Assembly: GCA_910592345.1 (NCBI GenBank)
Contig: CAJVPI010000002.1
Span: 113,422 to 133,421 of the forward strand
Length of the DNA: 20,000 nt
Direction: 5' to 3'
Origin: Paraglomus brasilianum
Lineage: Eukaryota
The notes below the pieces were generated by a model, which was not told where the DNA came from, did no database searches, and saw nothing but the letters and a program-made list of their open reading frames with translations. Both the position numbers and the translations under genes were made by a program. Within the stretch, counting starts at the first letter, position 1, and the number at the start of each line of letters is the position of its first letter. Of this stretch, positions 1 through 9,449 are shown in pieces.

Positions 1-2430
1 GCTTTTCTACTTTCTATGGTACCAAATCTAGCTTGAATACTCGATCCACTCGATTCACTCTCCGGTATAGTTTCTGGTTCATTTGAAGAACTTTGTTGTA
101 TGTGATTCCATGGAGTATTAATTGAATGAATTCTCAGAGGATTGTCTTCTCCAAAGTGGATAAATGGGTAATCGTGCCGACGGATGGTGGTTTTATATGG
201 AGGAATATCTGGATTGCTAGCAGCGTATGTTTGTACCAGGTGTTTACACACCAAATATGGGTTATTTATAAAAGCAGGACAAGAACAAATCCATTTATCA
301 ATATCCACATGATAGCTTTCTAGGCGTTCGATATCCTTTTAAAGGCATTTTCTCCAATCGGTTTTGAAGGCTTTCCACCAAGATGGATATGCTCGATTGT
401 TTTTGTATAATTGCCAAGTGTTCAACATGTCTGGGATCAGGCGGCCTGTTATAATATGATTTAAATGATCAAGACGAGGTCTGTTATAATTATATTTGTA
501 ATTGTGTTTAAGAACCCGCCAATGGGATTCAATGATCATTGTTGTTCTTGCTATAGGCATGGCTCTTTGATAGGATGATCAAGCAAAAAGCTTCCAATTT
601 TTCTTATTATACCAGTTCATCCACAAATATGCCCATAAGTGAACAAGATTTCTCTGTCGACAATATTGATAGATCTCAGACGTGCTTTTGTGGTATATTT
701 CGTCGGATGTAAGAAATACGTTTATATCTACTGGTATTAGCGGATGAAGAATCGAATGTTTTTTTACCAAGTCCTTAACTGCCTTTGCATCTGCCTCAGA
801 ACATAGGGGACTCCGTCTTCCTGTAGGAATCCAGTTCGGATCAATAAAGGTGAATCGTTCATTTGCCTCCCTTGCATGCTGAATTGAGTATTGTGATGAC
901 TTGTGATTTTTTTCGTTTATTTTGCGATCAATAGCACGTTCAAGATGCCAGAGACATAGTTGAATGTTTGTTGTCCAAGACCAAGCCTCCTGTACTGCCG
1001 CGATTTGTCCCATGTCCTTGTCAAGAAGAATGAACGAAGGTAAAATTTGTTCTGCTCTAATTGATTGGAAAAAGACTGTAAGAGCCATAACGCGATTATT
1101 AATGTTATTAATAGGATTTTGTAAAAGGTCTTCAGATGCAGTGAACGTATCGAGATACAAATAAGCAAGTGGCATTCCGAATCCTCCACAATTAATTATT
1201 AAGGCAAACAACTCAAACTTTTCTTGATTTGTTTTGAATGTCGAATCAAGAATAAGTTCATTAATATTGTCTTTTGAAATGTTGTTCATGAAAGGCGTAG
1301 TGAAACCAAGTGCTCGGACAAAATCATTTTCGATATGAAGGATTAGTTTATAACCCGCATCAATCAGTTCAGGTCGCTGCATGTAATCTTTTGTTGAAAT
1401 AACTTGATTTTTTATATTCGTTATATATTGTCCAGCAGAAAGTTTGAGTGCCCAATAGTACACTTGGTGATAAGTGTGTTTTGTTGGATCTATCAACTTC
1501 TCCTCAGAAAGCCTTTTATGAAATTCTACCTTGCGAAGATTATGGTTTAGATTTGCTTTGATCCAGTTTATTGCTACTTGAGGCAGTCTAGTTTCACGGT
1601 AAGTTGGCTGCTGATGATATAAGTGATCGAACGTCAGTTTGACTTGTCTCAAAGGAATATTGATGTTTATTTTGATCTTTCCATTACAAGCAAATCGTTC
1701 AACAGCCGGTCGTACTTCACTGATTCGTTGTACGGGTTGATCAGAAGGGCGCTTATGTTGTCGTTCGATTCTTTGAGAACAGGATAGGTAAGCACTGGCA
1801 CATCCGTAAGGTTGGTCGGCCTTTGTGCTTATATAAAGTTTGTTCAGTTCCCAATAGTATTTTGATCCAGCTTCAATCAAAATTACTAAAGTGTTTACAA
1901 TACAATGGAAAGTGTTTTGACTGATATTATTTTGATCTATTTCATGTAGTGACATCTCAACAAGTTCATCACTTAATTCAACTGTGACCGAAAATTGAAC
2001 ATGGCTATGCTCTTCTCCTTCTTCCTCTTGAAAATGCACAGCAACAAGTTCTTCGAGATCACCTAATTCATAGATAAGTTCTTCATTTTCTCTGTCACTT
2101 TCTATCAACTGATTCGAGTCATCGTCACTTGCCGGCGGTTTATAACTTGTTGTATTTTCAATAGTAGGGGCCTTTATTCGTTGCAACTTGTTTTTTCTGT
2201 GCAGAGCAACGATTGCATACTGCCCATGGGCCAGTTTTTGCCGCGAATTCTCATAAAATCATCGATCGACCTCGTTACTCTACAACGCGTGCACATTTTT
2301 GTTTCAGGAAAATCTATAAATTAGAATATATCATCGATAGTTAATTAAATTGTTTTATGCATAGATGTTATTTTCGTCATATCAATAATATATTTGAAAA
2401 CCAACCATCCATATTAGTATTTGATGCCAT
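1..2430 (-). pseudogene. MULE (Mutator-like) DDE transposase with C-terminal SWIM zinc finger; disrupted and running off the window edge
   Basis: ORF 579..2186 has ILDSTFKTN (first D), LLDKDMGQIAA (second D) and QLCLWH (CxxH). The same frame continues through TGA 579-581 to TTMIIESHWRVLK (catalytic E), then through TAA 339-341 to WICSCPAFINNPYLVCKH (SWIM), and stays open to base 1. The putative 5' end is ATG 2430 (MASNTNMD), a GT..AG intron at 2405-2314, then an exon with CTRC...CNRC and frameshifts near 2190-2235. Confidence 0.9.
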
Positions 2431-2580
2431 TGGAAAGTCGAACAAGTCAAAAAATTCAACTGGTATTTCGTGATGGTAAGTAATGTTAGAGTATTGTAGT
2501 ATACTAATACTAAGTAATAGTAATTGGGTTTTTATGACGATTGTAGGGCGACTCGTGTCACTTTATATAATAATTTCATG

Positions 2581-2717
2581 AATACAATCGCGCTTTAGTT
2601 TTTGGAAATTTATTTTATGTAATTAATATGCGCCTATTTAATTATTATTATATAATAATCCGTAAATACAATCACGCTTTAGTTTTTGGAAATTTACTTT
2701 ATATAAATACGCCTATT
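2581..2717. repeat. Direct repeat, 2 copies about 84 bp apart, upstream of the transposase
   Basis: aatacaatcgcgctttagtttttggaaatttattttat...cgcctatt at 2581 versus aatacaatcacgctttagtttttggaaatttacttt...cgcctatt at 2665. Confidence 0.85.
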
Positions 2718-2992
2718 CTGAATTATTGACGTCCTTATATGGAAATATCTTGATCTATCGCTATATCTAATTTGCTAAACATTAGAATCGTATCGGTATT
2801 ATAAACAACAAAATAGAATTTTAATATGGACTACTGACATTTCATGGCTTATTTATCAATCTTTATTTGTTATAAAACAATGGTAATATACCATTAAGTA
2901 TACTATACGGCTTCGGCTTTTTATATTTCAATCAAAGTCTATATTTAGCAAATTATTCATCATCCAATCATAATAATCGCGTGTGTTCGATG

Positions 2993-3300
2993 GTCATGGG
3001 ACTGCCCTTTTTCTTGTGTAATTAAACTTGCCCAATAATATTGATGGCTTGTGTGGCTTACAGTCATGGGACTGCCGATAATTTTCGGCACCACTAAGTT
3101 ACTACAATTTATTAAACTGGGCTTTAGCGAGCATCTCGTTGTGAATAAAAGTTCCTCGCGATAGTTACTACAATTTATATATCGTCATTGTGGGCCCGAT
3201 AAAATAACTGATTTAGGTTATGCTGACTTGTTGGGCCTTATCGCGAGTTTGATGGGTAGATCAGAGGAGACAAAAAAAGTAAGATTACATCTTACAATTT
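2993..3300. repeat. Cluster of short interspersed direct repeats and a small hairpin
   Basis: gtcatgggactgcc at 2993 and 3063; agttactacaattta at ~3097 and ~3163, with a partial copy at ~3292; hairpin tgccga-taattt-tcggca at 3073-3090. Confidence 0.7.
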
Positions 3301-3667
3301 ACATATCACTGGCAAACATTGGAATATAGACTTTCATTCCCTGCCTCAGAGCTCCAATTAATTCAACATTCCATTTTTTGGTATTAATATGTATAAGAGC
3401 ATGACGCTTATCCCGTATATGCTGATTCCATATCACGGTTGAATTTTCAGCATCTATTTTTGAAATGGTTTGCAAATGTACAAGCGAGTCTGCAATCAGA
3501 TTCCAAGAATTCGTCCGCAGATCATTCTAGAATCGATTTCCATATCGAGTAATAGTCCTGACTGTAGTATGCGTATGCGCGTTCATGTTATGCAAATAGA
3601 CAGGTGCGACATCTTCATAAATTTGTGGCTTATAATATGGCCTTTGCGAATTGTTTATCGCTGACAT
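3299..3667 (-). pseudogene. Hypothetical 122-aa protein with a single in-frame stop (not in the ORF track)
   Basis: ATG 3667 to TAA 3299 in one frame: MSAINNSQRPYYKPQIYEDVAPVYLHNMNAHTHTTVRTITRYGNRF*NDLRTNSWNLIADSLVHLQTISKIDAENSTVIWNQHIRDKRHALIHINTKKWNVELIGALRQGMKVYIPMFASDM. The only stop is TAG at 3529-3527. There is an A at -3 and both flanks are AT-rich. Confidence 0.65.
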
Positions 3668-3982
3668 GATAATAATAAATTTGGTTTTATAAATGTGACC
3701 CTATAGGGACCGAACCAAAATGTGACTGTATATCGCCGGAGTTTGAACAAAATTCCATTATAGTCTGGCCATTCGGAATTGATGTTCAAACAAAGATATT
3801 AAAATAAACATTGAAACACTCTTGAGAAAGGAATAAAACCTCATCTCATTCGTCGAGACTGCACCTTAATTGATGTAAGAGCACAGTCACATGATTTAAC
3901 GCGTGAACGTATAATAATAAGGAAGCAACCTTGTTTACGAAACAAAATTTCTTTTATCTCACTCAACATAATAATAATACAA

Positions 3983-4363
3983 ATGTCACCGACAAAGCCT
4001 GCCTCTTCTGAAATGAAGTATAGAAGTTCCTTTTCCTATAAGAACGACAACGTAAATGTTGTCAGATTTGGCCGCGACATCAATATGAGGATGGAAAGAG
4101 TGAACAATGATGTCGCAAGGATCTACTTTGTAGACGATCGAGGGACCAACATCCAGATTCCGAATGGGTTTGTTCTTAGGGATAATATCGCGAACGTAAA
4201 CGTGAGGCCATTATTAAATAACGGGTTCGGAAATTACTTTACAAGTTGGATTTCCAACTATTCATTGCTTCGAAACGGGATCGAGATGTTCGCGTTGTCA
4301 AACCAGAAACAACAATCAGTTGAAGGATTAGATGGGTTTCGATACTATACGATTAATCGATAA
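3983..4363 (+). CDS. Intact intronless hypothetical protein, 126 aa, probably beta-rich
   Basis: Clean ATG to TAA ORF with an A/C-rich leader (actcaacataataataatacaaATG), a TATA-like tataataataa at ~3910, an AT-rich 3' region and protein-like composition. I recognise no domain. Confidence 0.75.
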   Translation: MSPTKPASSEMKYRSSFSYKNDNVNVVRFGRDINMRMERVNNDVARIYFVDDRGTNIQIPNGFVLRDNIANVNVRPLLNNGFGNYFTSWISNYSLLRNGIEMFALSNQKQQSVEGLDGFRYYTINR

Positions 4364-4693
4364 CCTTTTATTGAAATATCATGTAATGTTCTTTATTTAT
4401 TGTAAGTGCTCCCGCAACTATATTAATGGTTTATTAACAAATTGCTTTTTATTAGGTGATCATCGAAAGCAACCCTAGGTTGGGAAACACTGATTACTGA
4501 GAAGGAATACTTTATAAAAAGACTAGTCGAACCTAAAGGTGCAATCTGTTAATCTATCTGTAATGTGATCGAAAAAATAATTAAATAACTCGACAACGCA
4601 ACGCTCATCACGTATCGTGTGGATTTTGTTTATAATACAATGTCTGCATTTGTTTGACTCGACCCCTTTATAGTCACACATGCTTCTCTCAGA

Positions 4694-6003
4694 TTAAATT
4701 AGAGAAAGTCGCATTGATAATTTGTTGTTATCAGAATAAACCACGTCTTCCAGATGAGAATAACCCGGTAACGTCAACGAGGACCGGAGATATTTTTTGA
4801 TCCTCTCCCCACCACCAGTCAAATAAACGGCTTTTAAATTCATCTTTGTCCAGGTCTCCCGCATTGAGTTCACCAGTATCAGTCCAAGGAAAATCCGTTC
4901 TTGACAGACTTGGCACAAAATTATATCCATTGTAACAGTATGATTACTTTCATTAAAAGTACCAGACATATCACGGTAATAAATTGTCCGTTTTCTGCAC
5001 AGTTTGCAGCTTGAGCTTGTCGACTTTCGCAATCGCCAATTATATTTGAGGATAAAAAGCCACTGCTTCTGTAGTCCGGGTCGTCGAAACAATGTCACAT
5101 GATAGTTGAACTGCTACGTAAATCTACGTCGGCACGTGGTGAAAATGAGGACTCGACAATTTGAGTTTGACCGAGAGCAAGACCGAGAGCAAGACCAAGA
5201 ACAAGACCAAGAGCAAGACCAAGAGCAAGACCGAGAGAGAGCATTGGAATTTGAATGCGCAGCGGCACCTGTCGATTATTACGGTCTTTGTTATTCGCCC
5301 TCTCATGTTGTTCTCTTCCATTCACGTCAATAATATTGCGCGCTCTCTTTTAAACAGAACTGTCTGTTTCTAACGCCTCGTTACTGATTTCTGGTTTCTT
5401 GCCTCATTTGCAACATTGCTTGCTACTTTGTTACTTATTTTGACAGCATTTGATGCTTTATACATTCCAAACATCCCCTGCCCATGGCCTCTTTTCAGGG
5501 TAATCCTCTCGTTTGTTAGTATCGGTGACCAAAACTTGGTCATAACACCCGATCCAGGTGCCCGTGGACGTGTAGGTGTCGAATGTATGGTGGATTATCG
5601 GATGTATGATTGGATTTAAAGTATCAAGGATAGAGCGGAATGTGTTTGGATCTAGTGGTATTAATGGTGTTTATGTTGAGGGAATTGGGGTAGTGACGTA
5701 TCAGACGAAATAATGGAGGGAATAGAGCAGATGGTGCTTTTCCGGGATTGCTTGGCTGAGGATACCCTGCCTCCAGCAGACGTTTTCTTTAGAGGCGTCA
5801 CAAAAGTATTTGTAGTGGTCCTCGCATGGTTGGCGTTAGTGTCTGCAAAATTATTTTCGTCTGGATAGTTGTCTGTTAAGAGCGAAAGCTCGCTGTTCTT
5901 TAATCCATTTTTCTGCAAGCGCCCTTCTTGTCGTTACCTTTGTTCGAGAGATTGTTTTTGGAGAATTCTTCATGTAATCAACGGTCTTGTCATTATCTGC
6001 CAT
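4694..6003 (-). pseudogene. Decayed gene of unknown function with a low-complexity repeat segment and a C-terminal CxxC...CxxC motif
   Basis: aaaaaATG at 6003 (MADNDKTVDYMKNSPK...), followed by frameshifted fragments. The fragment 4694..5098 has CKLC...CQVC. Many stops. Confidence 0.45.
5169..5242. repeat. 12-bp tandem repeat, 5-6 copies, gacc(g/a)agagcaa
   Basis: Seen directly. Reads SRSCSWSCSW on the minus strand and DREQDQEQ on the plus strand. Confidence 0.9.
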
Positions 6004-6411
6004 TTTTTAGTTATATGTACGCGACTAGTTAGACAAAAGAGAGTGAGGGAAAGAGTAATCTACCCGGTTTGACTGCGTCGTGAATTTAAAAAGGGGGATC
6101 GGCATGAATTTATGTGAAATGACGCAACTTTGATGCAATTAAGCATATTAATATTCACGTTAATCACATACACTAATTAATCAATTTTATATATTGCTAT
6201 CCTTATAACATGAACAGTTATCAATCTCTTTGTCAGTAAAGTTTGATCAAGCAACGTTTTCCACGATAAACAGACCGTTGGTGTATATAAATGTCGGTTG
6301 GATTTGTCAAAATATATACACGCGTGCGATTGACGGATGAACAGATTACGCAAATACATGATACAAATCCGATAAGATAGTTGCCTTGTAGACCTCTTTG
6401 TTACCGTAAAC

Positions 6412-6461
6412 TCTCATGAATAAGAGCCCCCTTCATCAATAAGGGGGCTCTATTCATGAGA
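6412..6461. repeat. Near-perfect inverted repeat (21-bp stem, one bulge, 7-nt loop)
   Basis: tctcatgaataagagccccctt-catcaat-aagggggctctattcatgaga. Confidence 0.9.
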
Positions 6462-6879
6462 TGTTTGATTGTGGCTTAAAACAATGCAAAATCACGTAAC
6501 AATTGTCCGCGTTATCTTTATTTATTACATCACAGATCTTATCACATGATCGCCGCTTTCATATAGAATAAGATACGTTGCATGTATCATATTAATATCT
6601 AATATATCGAGATAGAATTTAGTAGAATAAAATCGAAAGTAATAAGTTAGTTGGTCTATGTGCAAAATTGTAATAGGTATAAGACAATACAAAATATGAT
6701 AAGAAATTATTTGTAATAATCCTCCTACTACGAGAGTATGTGCTTACAATGGTGATCATACTCTTTTGCGAATCACTGTTGACTTCACGTGCTGGCATTT
6801 CAATCTCAATTTGATGTTCTATATACGAGTTTTCTTCCAACTGTTTTGAATTGTGTTAATATTAACGTTATCTTTTATA

Positions 6880-7581
6880 AGTATTTACAATGAGCAACAG
6901 CAGCAACAGCAACAGCAACAACTACAACCAAGCCCGAATGCCTCAATTCTGTCAACTTTCCCAGACTCATCAATAATATATCAAGCACAATCGCCCAGTG
7001 CTAACTTCAATACTCACACAAATAATCAAGAGCTGATCGAATACGCAACATTGTATACATCGTCACTTGAGAATATGAACCAACAAGATTTCGATGTGCT
7101 TTATTTCTTTGACCTGCAATTTTACGACGGTTTCGAGTGATCCGCTTTTCTGCCCTCTCGCTGATACCGAAAAACCTCTACCTCGTCCTAACCATCCATT
7201 CGATGCACGCGTTTGATTTGATCCACTTACTGCTTATTATTATCATATGTCTTCCAAATCCATCGTTATGACGTCCTCGGGATCGTCCCTTCTCACGTCT
7301 ATCCATGGCCATTACATCGTTTTAAAAGATAGGGTTCAGCTGCCTCTCGAGCTCTTTTCGATGTCTTGCATGCCTGCTTTTCGTTCACTTTTTCGACATC
7401 TTTTGGTAAGATACTCTCTGTAGGAATTAAAGTTTATAGTTGGGATAGTGATAGTTGTATTCTGTGTGATGTTGATAAGGACAACGATGAGGATTTTGAC
7501 ATTGATATCGATGATGCCGAATTGTTGATGACCAGGACGACGGAGGTGGTGATAGAATTGGAAGGAAGCGCAATGGGGTAA
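6880..7581 (+). pseudogene. Possible decayed gene with poly-Q and acidic segments
   Basis: CAA/CAG run at 6895-6921 within ORF 6853..7140, a frameshifted continuation, and an acidic stretch DVDKDNDEDFDIDIDD. No family recognised. Confidence 0.3.
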
Positions 7582-9449
7582 GGTTGATGTCGGTGTCGGC
7601 GTTGGGGTTGCTGTGTTTGCAGAAGAGACAGATGAGATGGCTTAATTATGAACATAAAAGTTGATGCAATGAGAAATATTATAGTTAATACATTGGGAAG
7701 ATTAATTGGGTTGGGAATTAATTACGATGATGGATTTATAATGTGAATAATTTGGTTACAAGTATGTGCATAATAGCAGTTATTAATGTAGGATAATAGT
7801 ACTTACGAGGAAATAGATCCTTGAGCTATACCTTTTCGTTGCGAGCGACATGATCATATAAATGATATTCATGACGTAATAACCGCATCCTCCCTCACTC
7901 CATTACCAAACACAATACTCACTATTCATGGCTGCTAGAGAAGCCGACGCAGCTTCAATAAGAGTCAAGATTGTCCTTGCGGAGGAGCTTATCCATTAAG
8001 GTGCTTTCTATCTCCTCGGGCGAATTTCGATGTCTGCACAGGCAGTGTTGATAAGCCACTGATCAGGCAAGACCGATCCAAGCAAGTTGAGCATCCACTT
8101 TCACATAAACTCATCCTGACGTATCTGAATATAAAAAGATGGAGGAGAAGGTATGACGATTATAAGGAAACGAGCAAATAAACAGATGACAAAACGATAA
8201 GGCCTTTCAATGATAAACCCAGTCTATTCACGATATAGTCTGTATTTTTTACTTACATGATCCTGCAGTTCTGTTAGATAAGTCTTCTGGTAAATGATAC
8301 TGAAAAATCGTGATTTCACTCGTACGGTGACCATGTTACAGTAATTCAGAGGGTTTTTCTTAAAGCCAGAAGCTATTGAATGGGAGGAGGGGGGTAAATA
8401 TTGGGCGTCATGTTTATGTTGTAAGGCAAACTGCAGTTCCAATTAATGGTCAGTGTTAAAATATACAACGTAATTTATTTGTCATAGTTGATCTACTTAC
8501 GTCTGTGCGCTGATCTAATACAACACGTCCAATGTATGTTTTAATAAAATTTAGGCGTGTGTGAACGGTTATGGTAAATTTTAAAGTCGCACGAAGTGCC
8601 ATTAACAAGTATAAACATAAACCTTTTGTATCGTTATATGTTGTTTAGCAAGTCATCATTATTATTATATACTTACGCCATTGAAAGTCCATTGCACGCA
8701 ATGATGTTCTTTATATCTTACTATTATCGTATAATTAACATACGCATATGATAGATATATGAACATAGCGAGCAATTTATTAACTATGCACTGCGCAAAA
8801 TTTAAACATTATACATCAAACCATTAACTGAATTCGAGCACGGAATTATGGCTGTTTGAACACTCTGAACGGAAATTGAAGCCAGAACTGGCATCCCAAA
8901 AGCACAATACATGGCACAATGGAAAGATTGGTAGTGGAACATTTCATCCACATAGTGGGAGACACTGATAGGAGCAAAGTGACATTTTGTAAAGATCGGG
9001 TTGCTGTCATGGTTTAACAACTTTCTTATAACCATAAAGCCAACTCATTTTGATTTTAGTCAAAAAATACTTTGGTTTACAAAAAATTTTGATATCCTTT
9101 ATTTTAAAATGTTGTGTATAATACAGTTAGTAGACTATTATTTAACCTCGTTTCTTTTGATGGGATTAATTCGAAACCCAATAGATCGGGGAATTCTTAG
9201 CCAAATATTACCTTACTTTGAAGGATTAAAGGTTACATATTAAAGCAGTATTTCCTAAGGAATTAACAGCTTAATATTTTATTGACGCAATAGCGAGTGT
9301 GACTTTATATCTTAACCTTAATTGATGCGGACTTGTGGGCAGACCTCGTTTAGGTTTCGGGACTATCCAGTGTATTTATTTACTTGTTCGAAGAAGTCTC
9401 TTATTATTATATACTAGCATTCGGATTAAGAGTAAGTTAAATACAAATA

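Larger units (their letters stand above)
1..4679. mobile_element. Putative large MULE element with cargo genes; one terminus at ~4679, the other outside the window
   Basis: Contains the transposase and two small ORFs. The reverse complement of 4659-4679 (GTGTGACTATAAAGGGGTCGA) matches 18229-18250 (GTGTGACTATAAAGAGGGTTGA), as expected for a dispersed element end. The other end and the TSD are not visible. Confidence 0.5.

Noticed and set aside
126..1189. Short ORFs 126..323, 917..1189 and 964..1164
   Set aside because: These are antisense or alternate-frame shadows of the transposase.
2993..3300. CRISPR-like repeat-spacer array
   Set aside because: Each repeat has only two copies, the repeat sequences differ, there are no cas genes, and the context is eukaryotic.
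5095..5373. Four overlapping short ORFs, including apparent transmembrane LGLALG and VLLL peptides
   Set aside because: They are by-products of the stop-free 12-bp repeat.
7920..9243. Short ORF fragments as real genes
   Set aside because: Multiple stops and no recognisable motifs. They may be old relics but cannot be assigned.
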